Shown: positions 1 to 9,611 of the stretch, one piece after another
How positions within the stretch are numbered: position 1 is the first letter of the stretch
Layout of the letters: the number at the start of each line of letters is the position of its first letter
From: Candidatus Bathyarchaeia archaeon
Lineage (GTDB): Archaea; Thermoproteota; Bathyarchaeia; TCS64
Length of the DNA: 64,000 bases
NCBI GenBank assembly: GCA_050014495.1
Contig: JBEKDF010000002.1
Span: 1 to 64,000, forward strand
Direction: 5' to 3'
The notes under the pieces: model-generated
Told to the model about the DNA's origin: nothing
Databases searched by the model: none
The model's input: only the letters and a program-made list of their open reading frames with translations
Program-made: the position numbers and the translations under genes

Positions 1-69
1 TCGGTCTAAATATCCTTGTTTTCAATACCCTTTTAGGGATCTATTATCCCCCTTCTCTAGGGAAGTTAA

Positions 70-627
70 ATGGACATATTCACTATGGGATTAATCGGGG
101 CGATCGTAGTCATCGTCCTGATACTCGTAGGGCTCTACTTCTCGTACTACAACAGGATAAGGCGGTACGAGAACCAGATCGATGAGGCTTGGAGCCAGAT
201 CGACGTCCAGTTGAAGAAACGGTACGATCTAGTCCCTAACCTCGTAGAGACCGTAAAGGGATACGCCGCTCATGAGAAAGAGATCTTTGAGCAGGTCGCA
301 CAAGCAAGAGCGGGCATGATTCAGGGAACGCCTCAGGAGAGGATGGACGCCAGCAATATGCTGACTTCGACCCTCCGCCAATTATTCGCTGTGGCTGAGG
401 CATATCCACAACTCAAGGCAAACGAGAACTTCAAACTACTACAGGAACAACTACAGGGAATCGAGGACAAGATCGCTTATGCACGCCAGTTCTACAACAC
501 CAGCGTGCTGAACTTCAACAACATCATTACAACGATACCTGGCGCATGGTTCGCGGGCGGCCGCAGCAAGCATGAGTTCCTTAACATACCTGAGGGCGAG
601 AGGCAGGTACCGAAGGTACAGTTCTAA
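70..627 (+). CDS. lemA: LemA family protein
   Basis: N-terminal TM, AWSQIDVQLKKRYDLVPNLV and EAYPQLKANENF motifs; stop overlaps the htpX start (TAATG). Confidence 0.95.
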   Translation: MDIFTMGLIGAIVVIVLILVGLYFSYYNRIRRYENQIDEAWSQIDVQLKKRYDLVPNLVETVKGYAAHEKEIFEQVAQARAGMIQGTPQERMDASNMLTSTLRQLFAVAEAYPQLKANENFKLLQEQLQGIEDKIAYARQFYNTSVLNFNNIITTIPGAWFAGGRSKHEFLNIPEGERQVPKVQF

Positions 628-1550
628 TGGCGCATAGGACCTTTTGGGACGAGCAGAGGAGGAACAGGAGAGACAGCCTCCTTCTAGCGATACTTGTGTC
701 TCTGTTCCTATTCGGTATCATCTACATATTCGCTTTAATGTTTGCGCCAGATGCGCTAATCTTTGTGCTTCCATTCAGCGTAATCATTATTGTAATCTAC
801 ACTTGGAGCAGCTACCAGTATGGTGATAAGGTCGTACTGGCTTCGACACACGCTCGTCCAGCCGAAGGACCCGAGTTCACATATCTCAACAACATCGCGG
901 AGGGCCTCGCAATCGCAGCAGGTGTGCCTCCGCCAAAGGTCTACGTCATAGACAACCCAGACATCAACGCCTTCTCCACGGGGAAGGACCCCCAACATGC
1001 GAGCATCGCCGTAAACACGGGGGCGATCAATCAGCTCAACAGGGAGGAGCTGGAGGGCGTCGTGGCCCATGAGATGAGCCACGTCAGGAATAGGGACGTT
1101 GAGTTCATGACCTACATAGCGGTGCTCGTAGGGCTTGTCTCGATTCTCAGCCACGTCATCCTTCAGTGGGCTTGGTTTGCAGGCGTCACTGGGGCTTCTC
1201 AAAGCCGCGGTCGGGGTAGGAGCAGGGATGGCGGTGGCGGCTTACAGATAGTAATACTAGTTGTAGGCTTACTACTCGCTATCCTCGCCCCCATCGCCAC
1301 TACATTAATTGAACTAGCCGTCAGTCGACGCAGGGAGTTCCTAGCTGACGCGGGGGGAGCCGAGCTCACTCGCAACCCTGAAGGCCTGGCTTCGGCACTG
1401 GAGAAGATTAAGAACCTCAATCAGGGTAGGATGAAGGTCGATCAGGCGGTCAGCCCGCTCTTCATCTCGGACCCAAATAAAAGGGGACTCGACCTCTTCG
1501 CCACTCACCCACCGATAGATGAACGCATCAAGCGACTACGTGAGATGTAG
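627..1550 (+). CDS. htpX: M48 family zinc metalloprotease (HtpX-like)
   Basis: HEMSH zinc motif, SRRREFLAD, FATHPP; multiple TMs; usual lemA partner. Confidence 0.93.
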   Translation: MAHRTFWDEQRRNRRDSLLLAILVSLFLFGIIYIFALMFAPDALIFVLPFSVIIIVIYTWSSYQYGDKVVLASTHARPAEGPEFTYLNNIAEGLAIAAGVPPPKVYVIDNPDINAFSTGKDPQHASIAVNTGAINQLNREELEGVVAHEMSHVRNRDVEFMTYIAVLVGLVSILSHVILQWAWFAGVTGASQSRGRGRSRDGGGGLQIVILVVGLLLAILAPIATTLIELAVSRRREFLADAGGAELTRNPEGLASALEKIKNLNQGRMKVDQAVSPLFISDPNKRGLDLFATHPPIDERIKRLREM

Positions 1551-1598
1551 CCGCACAATTTTTACACCCAGAGCCCATTTTTGAATCAGTGTTCTGAA

Positions 1599-3248
1599 TT
1601 GGTCAAGGCCGTTAATGGGCTAGTTAAAATCCTCCGCGAGGAGGGTACCGAATGGGTCTGTACTTTCCCGACGAACATCTTCGTGAATGCCTGCGGTGAG
1701 GAGGGGATGCCACTAATGATGGTAAGGACTGAGAGGTTCGCGGTAGCAGTTGCTGATGCTTACAGTAGGGCGACGAATGGGAAAAAGATTGGCGTCTCCG
1801 CTGTTATGGGTGGACTTAATGCCGCTGGTACCGAGATGGCGTACGGTGCCCTCGCACAGGCTTATGAGGACTCCTCTCCCCTCCTCTGCTTAACCGACGG
1901 CGTCCCGAACGAGGTCGCCGCTAGGGAGAGGTTCAACATTGAGGACGGGTTTCGTAGTATTACTAAGTGGAGTGGCTTCATCAACCAGGGGCGGCGCGTT
2001 CCCGAGTTCGTACGCCGCGCCTACACCCAACTGAGGAGCGGACGCCCCAGCCCCGTCATGCTTCAGCTCCCGCGTGGTCTCGAGGATTACGACCCAGGTG
2101 AGCACCCATACACACCGGTTAAGGGGTGGAGACCCTCCGGCGACCCCCACGACGTAAAGATCGCGGTTGAGGCGATTCTCCATGCTAAGAATCCTATGAT
2201 CTATGCTGGGCAGGGCATCTTCTTCGGTGACGCTTGTGCTGAGCTAAAGCAATTCGCGGAGATGACCGGCATCCCCGTCCTCACAACGCTCATGGGGAAG
2301 AGCTGCTTCCCTGAGAACCATCCACTCAGCCTAGGCGTCCGCGATGTTCCGGCTGAGAGATGGCTGATGGGTTCAGACCTCATCTTCGCGATAGGTACAA
2401 GCCTCGGCACGACCTCCTTCGGCCACGAACTCCCAGTGAAGGGGAAAACTATAGTCCAGTGCACCATTGATGAGCAGGACCTAAACAGGGCGACGAGGAT
2501 GGACCACGCCATCGTGGGCGATGCGAGGCTCGTGCTCCGCCAAATGATAGCGGAGGCAGAGAGGCATGGTGTCAAACCGAGGCAAGGAGTAGAGGCTGAG
2601 GTAGCCGTCGCTAAGGAAGCTAAGATGAACAAGTATCGCCCCCTTATGGAGTCAAACGAGACTCCCATTAACCCCTATAGAGTCTATGCAGAGATCATTA
2701 GGACCGTCGACCCGACAAACAGCGTCGTCACCCATGAGTCAGGGAACACTCGCGACCAGCTCACCACAATCTACGACGCTGTCACGGAGCACGGCTTTAT
2801 GGCGTGGGGTAATGTCTCCACACTTGGCTTCGGCCTAGGCGCCGCCATGGGTGCGAAACTCGCCTACCCAAAGAGGCAGGTTATAAGCATCACAGGAGAC
2901 GCAGGCGTTAGCTACCAGATGGGGGACTACGAGGCACTCATCCGCCATGGGATGGGAATTACGACAATTCACATAAATAACGGAGGCTTTAGCGGCTATG
3001 GTCCCGGATTCTGGGGGGGTGGCCATACACCATACGCCTGCGAGGTGACGAAGCAGGATGTCTATAAGACAGCGCAGATGGCAGATGCCCTTGGGATGCA
3101 CTCCACCAGAGTTGAGAAGCCGGACCATATCGCGCCTGCACTGAAAGACGCTCTAAAGGAGAACGAGAAGGGGAGCCCAGCCTTCATCGAGGTCATCTGC
3201 AGCCGCCATCCTGTCTACGGGGGTTGGGTTAGACCCCTAGCTCACTAG
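1599..3248 (+). CDS. Thiamine pyrophosphate-dependent enzyme (acetolactate synthase-like superfamily)
   Basis: RTERFAVAVADAYSR N-domain, GDAG...INNGG TPP motif; TTG start at 1599 preferred over 1581. Confidence 0.88.
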   Translation: MVKAVNGLVKILREEGTEWVCTFPTNIFVNACGEEGMPLMMVRTERFAVAVADAYSRATNGKKIGVSAVMGGLNAAGTEMAYGALAQAYEDSSPLLCLTDGVPNEVAARERFNIEDGFRSITKWSGFINQGRRVPEFVRRAYTQLRSGRPSPVMLQLPRGLEDYDPGEHPYTPVKGWRPSGDPHDVKIAVEAILHAKNPMIYAGQGIFFGDACAELKQFAEMTGIPVLTTLMGKSCFPENHPLSLGVRDVPAERWLMGSDLIFAIGTSLGTTSFGHELPVKGKTIVQCTIDEQDLNRATRMDHAIVGDARLVLRQMIAEAERHGVKPRQGVEAEVAVAKEAKMNKYRPLMESNETPINPYRVYAEIIRTVDPTNSVVTHESGNTRDQLTTIYDAVTEHGFMAWGNVSTLGFGLGAAMGAKLAYPKRQVISITGDAGVSYQMGDYEALIRHGMGITTIHINNGGFSGYGPGFWGGGHTPYACEVTKQDVYKTAQMADALGMHSTRVEKPDHIAPALKDALKENEKGSPAFIEVICSRHPVYGGWVRPLAH

Positions 3249-3296
3249 AGACGTCACCTCCACTCTTTTAACCGATAAAACCACGTCTATCTACAC

Positions 3297-4466
3297 ATGT
3301 TCCAATCAACAGTAGACGAGAAAGCAGCTATTGAGCTGCTCAAGGAGCTCGTTAAGATAGACTCGGTTAACCCATCCCTCGTCCCGGGAGCTAAAGGCGA
3401 GACAGAGATAGCTGAGTACGTCGCCCAGTGGCTCAAGGCCTTAGGTTTGAAAGCCAAGGTGGACAAGATTGAGAAAAACCGATGCAACGCAGTAGGCACA
3501 CTCAAGGGCGTAGGCGGAGGGAGGAGCCTTATGCTCAATGGCCACATCGACACGGTCGGTTACGACTACATGACCATCGACCCCCTCAAACCAGTGGTGA
3601 AGGACGGCAAGATGTATGGGCGGGGCACATTCGATATGAAGGGCGGCCTCGTCGCCAGCCTCGCTGCGCTCAAAGCCAACGTCGACTCTGGTACCCAGCT
3701 CCTGGGCGACGTCGTCATCGCCGCTGTCTGCGACGAAGAGTACGCAAGCATCGGTACAGAAAGGGTTATGGAGAAGACCCGTGTCGATGCAGCCATTGTG
3801 GGTGAGCCCAGCGCCCTTCAGATAGAGAGGTGCCACAAAGGCTTCGCCTGGATCGACGTCGATACGAAGGGACTCGCTGCCCACGGAAGTATGTGGCATG
3901 TTGGTGTCGATGCCATCACAGAGATGGGGAAGGTCCTCATGGGTCTCGAGACACTCGGCACCAAGTTGCAGAAGAAGAAGCACTTCCTCGTAGGACCAGC
4001 CAGCGTTCACGCAGGCACTATCAAGGGTGGCCTCGGGTTAAGCACCTATCCCGATAAGTGTCTCCTACAGATCGAGAGGCGCCTCATCCCAGGGGAGGAG
4101 AAGAAGGACGTCGAGAATGAGATGGAGAAACTCCTAAAGGGAATCGCAGACAAGGACCCCAAGTTCAGCGCGAGCTACGAGATCATCTTCTACCGCGGCT
4201 CTATGGATGTCCCAGAGACTTCGGAAATCTGCCAGACAATAGTCACCTGCAGCAAGGAGGCTATAAAGCTCACCCCTGCCTTCACGGGCGGCTCAGGGTG
4301 GCTCGACACCCAAATAATCTGGAGCAAAGGCATTCCTGCGGTCGCCTACGGCCCCGCAGGGGACGGCGCCCATGCAGCTGTCGAGTGGGTGGACCTAGAC
4401 ACCGTAATGGATGCTGCGAGGGTACAGGAACTTGTCCTCCAACGCTTCTGTGGCGTAAAGGTATAG
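3297..4466 (+). CDS. M20 ArgE/DapE-family deacylase
   Basis: NGHIDTV, GRGTFDMKGG, DEE, VGEP and C-terminal AH metal ligands. Confidence 0.9.
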   Translation: MFQSTVDEKAAIELLKELVKIDSVNPSLVPGAKGETEIAEYVAQWLKALGLKAKVDKIEKNRCNAVGTLKGVGGGRSLMLNGHIDTVGYDYMTIDPLKPVVKDGKMYGRGTFDMKGGLVASLAALKANVDSGTQLLGDVVIAAVCDEEYASIGTERVMEKTRVDAAIVGEPSALQIERCHKGFAWIDVDTKGLAAHGSMWHVGVDAITEMGKVLMGLETLGTKLQKKKHFLVGPASVHAGTIKGGLGLSTYPDKCLLQIERRLIPGEEKKDVENEMEKLLKGIADKDPKFSASYEIIFYRGSMDVPETSEICQTIVTCSKEAIKLTPAFTGGSGWLDTQIIWSKGIPAVAYGPAGDGAHAAVEWVDLDTVMDAARVQELVLQRFCGVKV

Positions 4467-4529
4467 ACTCTTTCTTTTTTCCTCGATTAAATAAGAAACT
4501 AGAATAACAAGCAGCATCAGCATTGATCG

Positions 4530-4937
4530 ATGACGAGGCTCACCGTGGTAGATGCTGACAGATGTGTTGGTTGCCAGCTATGCATGTTCGCCTGCAACAG
4601 GCGCTATGGCGAGGGTGGGCTGGCAAAGTCAGCGATCAGGGTTCGCTCCGTGGGGGGCTTCGAGAGAGGCTTCGTAGTAGTGGCCTGCAGGGCCTGCCCT
4701 GATCCCCCTTGCATGAAGGTGTGTCCCGTCGATGCTCTCGAGCAGCGCAGGGGTGGCGGCGTCGTCCTCAAGGCAAGGAAGTGTATAGGCTGCCACCGAT
4801 GCTCAGAGGTTTGTCCAGTTCACGCCGTTTTCTGGGACGACGAGGCGAACAAACCCGATATCTGCGTTCACTGTGGCTACTGCGTTGACTATTGCCCACA
4901 TGAGGTGCTGGCGATGAAGGAGTCTGAGCAGCTTTGA
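4530..4937 (+). CDS. Polyferredoxin (4Fe-4S) small subunit of WOR-family oxidoreductase
   Basis: Four Cys-cluster motifs; TTGA overlap with the downstream WOR gene. Confidence 0.9.
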   Translation: MTRLTVVDADRCVGCQLCMFACNRRYGEGGLAKSAIRVRSVGGFERGFVVVACRACPDPPCMKVCPVDALEQRRGGGVVLKARKCIGCHRCSEVCPVHAVFWDDEANKPDICVHCGYCVDYCPHEVLAMKESEQL

Positions 4938-6682
4938 GACTCCCAACGCGCGTCTTGATAGCTGATTTATCGGCCCGACGATTCACAGTAGAGGACCGCA
5001 CCGATCTTTTCCAGTATTATATTGGTGGCTCAGGTGTAGCAATTAATCTGCTTAAGGAGTACTGCCCCGTAGGAGCTGACCCCCTGGGCCCGGATAATCC
5101 CATCGTCTTCGCTGTGGGTCCTCTCGTCGGGCTCTACCCCCTCGCTTCGAAAACGGTGGCGATGTTCAAGTCGCCGCTGACTGGAAACCTGGGTGAGAGC
5201 CACGCAGGTGGGCGCAGTGCTGTGGCGATAAGGTCCGCGGGGTATGGTGCTATATTGATCAGAGGCGCCAGTGATACACCCGTCTACCTCTCCATAGACG
5301 ACAAGGGTGTACAGTTTCGAGACGCATCGGGTATCTGGGGAATCGCAAGCAGCGTCACCACAGGCAGGATAATTAGGGAGCTGGAAACTGGCGCCGGGAC
5401 ACGTACAATCATGAGGATTGGTGGAGCAGGCGAGCATCTCGTCAGGTACGCAAGCGTCATCACGGAGACATACCGCCACTTTGGGCGCCTCGGCCTCGGC
5501 GCCGTTTTCGGTAGTAAAAAGCTCAAGGCGGTCACAGTCTCCGGCAACCACGGCTTCGATGTCAGTAATAAAAAATTCTATCGAGAGACGTACGATGACA
5601 TCTATAAGCGAGCCGTCGAATCGCCGATTATGAAGAAGTATCATGACATCGGAACCGCTTCGAACATCATGCCTCTAAACCTACAGAAGGGGCTACCAAC
5701 CATGAACCTCAAGATGACGACCTCCCCAGAGGCGGAGCACATATCAGGGGAGAACCTCGCTGAGAACTACTTAGGGCGACGCGTCGCATGTGCTCATTGC
5801 CCAGTTGCTTGCATCCACATCGCCGCACTCCGCGAGCCCTACAATAAGGAGCCCTACTTCTACAAGACCACAATGATACCCTACGACTACGAACTAATCT
5901 ACGGTCTGGGTTCTATGGTCGGTGTCTTCGATGAGAAGGCAATGCTCCACCTCATAGATGATGTTGAGATATGGGGGCTTGATGCTATGAGCACCGGCGT
6001 GGTTTTGGCGTGGGCCACTGAGGCACAGGATAAGGGGTTAATAACGCAGAATGAGACCCTCGGGCTTACGCTGAAGTTTGGGGACGAGCCCGCCTATGCG
6101 AAGGCCATCGAGTATATTGTTAAGCAGCCGAATGAGTTCTACTTAGCGCTAGCAAGAGGTGTTGACTTTGCCTCGAAGCGCTACGGTGGTGAAGAGTTCG
6201 CCCTCGCCTTCGGGGGTAATGAGATGCCTGGTTACCATACGGGGCCGGTCAGCCATATCGGTCACCTCACGGGTAGCCGCCATAGCCACCTTGACTCCGC
6301 TGGGTATAGTATAGACCAGGCTGCCCTCAAGGAAAAGCTCGCAGACGCGAAGGTCGTAGCTGCGAAGCTGCTTAAGGAGGAGGCTTGGCGCCAGGTGCTA
6401 AGCGGTCTCGTCGTCTGCTTCTTTGCGAGGGGTATCTACGATAAGGAAACGGTCGCTAAGGCTCTCACTACGGCGGGGCATAAGATAACTTCCGAGGCCC
6501 TGGAAGGAATAGGTATGGAGATACTCAGGGAGAAGAACCATTTCAAGGAGAGGGAGGGATTCAAAGCGAAGGAGCTGAGAATCCCCAAGCGGATCTTCGA
6601 GACGGACTCTTCCCTCGGCAAAGTAGACGAGAAGTATGTTCGCGATTCAGTGGAGGAGTTTTACAGACTCCTATATGCTTAG
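4934..6682 (+). CDS. Tungsten aldehyde:ferredoxin oxidoreductase (WOR/AOR family) large subunit, possibly GOR type
   Basis: KSPLTGNLGESHAGG, GRLGLGAVFGSKKLKA, CAHCPVAC, DYE, GLDAMSTG. Confidence 0.92.
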   Translation: MRLPTRVLIADLSARRFTVEDRTDLFQYYIGGSGVAINLLKEYCPVGADPLGPDNPIVFAVGPLVGLYPLASKTVAMFKSPLTGNLGESHAGGRSAVAIRSAGYGAILIRGASDTPVYLSIDDKGVQFRDASGIWGIASSVTTGRIIRELETGAGTRTIMRIGGAGEHLVRYASVITETYRHFGRLGLGAVFGSKKLKAVTVSGNHGFDVSNKKFYRETYDDIYKRAVESPIMKKYHDIGTASNIMPLNLQKGLPTMNLKMTTSPEAEHISGENLAENYLGRRVACAHCPVACIHIAALREPYNKEPYFYKTTMIPYDYELIYGLGSMVGVFDEKAMLHLIDDVEIWGLDAMSTGVVLAWATEAQDKGLITQNETLGLTLKFGDEPAYAKAIEYIVKQPNEFYLALARGVDFASKRYGGEEFALAFGGNEMPGYHTGPVSHIGHLTGSRHSHLDSAGYSIDQAALKEKLADAKVVAAKLLKEEAWRQVLSGLVVCFFARGIYDKETVAKALTTAGHKITSEALEGIGMEILREKNHFKEREGFKAKELRIPKRIFETDSSLGKVDEKYVRDSVEEFYRLLYA

Positions 6683-6999
6683 GGTTTCTCGATGTGGAAG
6701 ACCTCTCTCAGCTCATCGGAGATGGGGCTGTTATCCTGGTTTGAGGGCGTCAATTCGCGCATATGAGCCCACCAGTTCCTGCAGACCGGTGTTTTTGATA
6801 TAGCATCCCACTCAGCCTCGTTCTGGAACTCGATGTAAGCAAATAGCTGCCGCGTCGATGGGTGGAGAAAGATGGAGTAGGTAGAGACGCCATGGTTCTT
6901 CAGAGTCTCCTCGAGCTCGGGCCAGATGGGTTTATGTCTCTTCTCGTACTCCGCCTCACAACCGGGGTAGACTCTCATTACGAACGCTTTCCTGATCAT
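6679..6999 (-). CDS. rhaM: L-rhamnose mutarotase
   Basis: AFVM..PG...EYEKRH..IWPEL, YSIFL, CRNWWAHM, LREVFH. Confidence 0.92.
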   Translation of the reverse strand: MIRKAFVMRVYPGCEAEYEKRHKPIWPELEETLKNHGVSTYSIFLHPSTRQLFAYIEFQNEAEWDAISKTPVCRNWWAHMRELTPSNQDNSPISDELREVFHIEKP

Positions 7000-7011
7000 C
7001 GTGAGCCACTT

Positions 7012-7506
7012 CTAGATGTCGATTATCTTCGCTTCGAGAGCTCCTGTTTCGAGTACGGCGAAGCTGCTCCTCCCCGTGACGTATCCGCAGACCTCACCTG
7101 GGTTTACTACGAAGGTGGTGTTACTATTATCCACTTTTGCCTTATGATCGTGTCCATGCACAACGACGTCGTAGCTACCGTGTTCAATGATTGAGCGCAG
7201 TAGGACCGTATCGTGGCCATGGAGTAAGGCAATACTCTTACCGCCGGCTTCGACCTCGGCGAAGTCACCCACGATCTCCTTCCCAACTGCGGCGTAGACC
7301 TCCCTTAGCTTCTCCTTCTCGGCACAGTTGTTTCCATAAACTCCTATCATCTTCGCATTTAACTCGGTGTATGGCTTAGCCGTGAATGGGCTTATGTAGT
7401 CCCCAGCATGGAGGACGAGGTCGATTTCGAGTTCGTTGAGTCGGTGAATTACTTCACCGATCTTTGAGACGTTATCATGGGTATCTGATATCAAACCAAC
7501 GAGCAT
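7012..7506 (-). CDS. Metallophosphoesterase (MJ0936/YfcE family)
   Basis: SDTHDN, HAGD, GNN, HG, GHDH, NPGE motifs. Confidence 0.92.
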   Translation of the reverse strand: MLVGLISDTHDNVSKIGEVIHRLNELEIDLVLHAGDYISPFTAKPYTELNAKMIGVYGNNCAEKEKLREVYAAVGKEIVGDFAEVEAGGKSIALLHGHDTVLLRSIIEHGSYDVVVHGHDHKAKVDNSNTTFVVNPGEVCGYVTGRSSFAVLETGALEAKIIDI

Positions 7507-8939
7507 TAGTCCTTCCTCCCCGCGTGGTATAGAATGTCACGGACCCTTAGTATCTCTAGGGTACTAGTACGTCCAGGTGCCTCAAGGGTGGAGCCAGAAA
7601 CCACCATAACGATGTCTGGTTCCCTAATTATCCCTTCCCTCAGCGCTCTGTTAACGGCTCTGACAATTAGCTCGTCCCTGTCGTCGCTCCACTGTATGTC
7701 GAGAGGTTCAACCCCCCAGTAGAGCCGTGTTCTCCTGGCTATTTTCGCCTCTCGGACAACAGCGAGGATTCGGGCTGATGGACGATATTTGCTAACCATG
7801 AGTGTTGTGAAGCCGCTACGCGTGACAGTAAAGATAGCAGCTGGCTTCACGGACTCCACAGCCTGAGAGGCTAGGCTACCAATAATCTCGGGTATGGGCT
7901 GCCCCTCCCTGAGGCTTTGAACCCTTCTTAGTGTCCCTCCTGCCTCGACGACCCTGCTGATACTCTCCATGACCCTGACAGCCTCAACTGGGTGGAGGCC
8001 TGTCGCCGTTTCCTCGCTGAGCATCACCGCGTCGGCGCCGTCGAGGATTGCGTTGGCGACATCACTCGCCTCTGCCCTTGTGGGTCGGGGGTTCTCAACC
8101 ATAGACTCCAGCATCTGCGTAGCAACAATGACTGGCTTGCCTGTCTGGTTGCACTTTGTAATAATCTTCTTCTGGAGCAATGGGATATCCCAAGGGGCGA
8201 CCTCGATGCCGAGGTCGCCACGCGCGACCATGATCCCGTCACTAGCGTCTATGATCTCATCGATATTTGTGATGGCCTCCCCGTGCTCGATCTTACTTAT
8301 AACCGGTTGGTCACCATCCGCATCCTTGATGGCCTCCTTTACGGTTTCGACATCCTTCCTGCTCCTGATGAATGAAGCAGCGAACCAGTCTGCATCGACC
8401 TGAATGCCAAACTCTATTCCTTTCAGGTCCTGCTCGGTGGGTGGATGTATGCTAAGGCTTGCTCCTGGGGCGTTAACCCCTTTGTGGCTGCTGATTTCAC
8501 CTCCGCTCACTACCTTCGCTTCGAATCCCTTGAAGTCGCTATCAATTTTGAGTATGTCCAACTCAATTAGACCGTCGTTGATGAAGATGTGACCACCAGG
8601 GTGGACCTCGACGGGGAGCTTGTTATAGTTCACTGGGAGTGTGAGACCCTCGCCGATTACATTTTCTGTCGTGAATCTGACGTCATCTCCAGTCTTTAAC
8701 TGGATAGGCTCCTTAAGTTCCCCGAGTCTTATTTTTGGGCCGGGGAGGTCGACTAGGACAGCTACTGTCCCAAGGCTCCTGATAACCCTGATCGTGTTTC
8801 TATGTTCATCAAGGCTCCCGTGACTCAAGTTAACCCTCGCGACATCCATTCCAGCTGCAGTCATTTCCCTTAGGATGTCAGGCCTCCTACTCGCAGGACC
8901 GATGGTGCAGATAATCTTGCTCCGGGCGTAGCCGTCCAT
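7506..8939 (-). CDS. pyk: Pyruvate kinase
   Basis: KIICTIGPAS, ARVNLSHG, MVARGDLG, ATQMLESM, PTRAE; start reassigned to ATG 8939. Confidence 0.96.
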   Translation of the reverse strand: MDGYARSKIICTIGPASRRPDILREMTAAGMDVARVNLSHGSLDEHRNTIRVIRSLGTVAVLVDLPGPKIRLGELKEPIQLKTGDDVRFTTENVIGEGLTLPVNYNKLPVEVHPGGHIFINDGLIELDILKIDSDFKGFEAKVVSGGEISSHKGVNAPGASLSIHPPTEQDLKGIEFGIQVDADWFAASFIRSRKDVETVKEAIKDADGDQPVISKIEHGEAITNIDEIIDASDGIMVARGDLGIEVAPWDIPLLQKKIITKCNQTGKPVIVATQMLESMVENPRPTRAEASDVANAILDGADAVMLSEETATGLHPVEAVRVMESISRVVEAGGTLRRVQSLREGQPIPEIIGSLASQAVESVKPAAIFTVTRSGFTTLMVSKYRPSARILAVVREAKIARRTRLYWGVEPLDIQWSDDRDELIVRAVNRALREGIIREPDIVMVVSGSTLEAPGRTSTLEILRVRDILYHAGRKD

Positions 8940-9005
8940 GTACCTTCTAGAATCTATCGGGCGCTGGGTTCTTATCCTCTGCGCTAGGATACCGGACTGT
9001 TCGAG

Positions 9006-9566
9006 ATGCACTGCGCCGTGATCCTTCATGCTCCTATAGGGGGTGGGAAGACTACTACAGCCATAGACGCAGCTGAGAGAGCTAGTGCTGACGGATTGAA
9101 GGTCATGGGAATACTGAGTATGCGGGTCCTCGACGGAGGTGATTATCCAAGCTACGACCTCCTGGAGCTCGACACTGGCGAGACCATGCACCTCGTGAAA
9201 CCGGTTGATAAGATATCGGGGGAGATATGGGAGTCGTACGATAACTCCCACTTCGTCTTCTCGAAGAAGGGTCTCAATTCCGCGAACCTAGCCCTAACCA
9301 GGGCTGCAAAGGAAATGAGAGATGGTGTCGTTGTATTCGTGGACGAATATGGCAGACTCGAGTCGCAACATAAGGGGATCTATTCAGGGGCCATCATGGT
9401 CGCTGACGCATTAAAACGCGGAGGCATAGCTGTCTACCTCTGTCGGGACGACAAAGTCAATGAGGTCATTGACCTCGTGAAAGAAAGTGCTGCAAGGGTT
9501 TTCAGCCTTGAGGCTGGTGATACGGACGCCCTTCTAAGAATAATTCGTGGCTGCTCAAAGCTGTAG
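9006..9566 (+). CDS. P-loop NTPase (THEP1/NTPase_1 or DUF2478-like)
   Basis: Walker A APIGGGKTT, Walker B VFVDEYGRLE. Confidence 0.75.
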   Translation: MHCAVILHAPIGGGKTTTAIDAAERASADGLKVMGILSMRVLDGGDYPSYDLLELDTGETMHLVKPVDKISGEIWESYDNSHFVFSKKGLNSANLALTRAAKEMRDGVVVFVDEYGRLESQHKGIYSGAIMVADALKRGGIAVYLCRDDKVNEVIDLVKESAARVFSLEAGDTDALLRIIRGCSKL

Positions 9567-9611
9567 ACTCTAAATATACCATCGCTGCTTCCTACTATGC
9601 GGTTGGCGCCC

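Noticed and set aside
8940..9251. 104-aa N-terminal extension of pyruvate kinase in the ORF track
   Set aside because: It overlaps the opposite-strand NTPase gene; PK homology begins at MDGYARSKII
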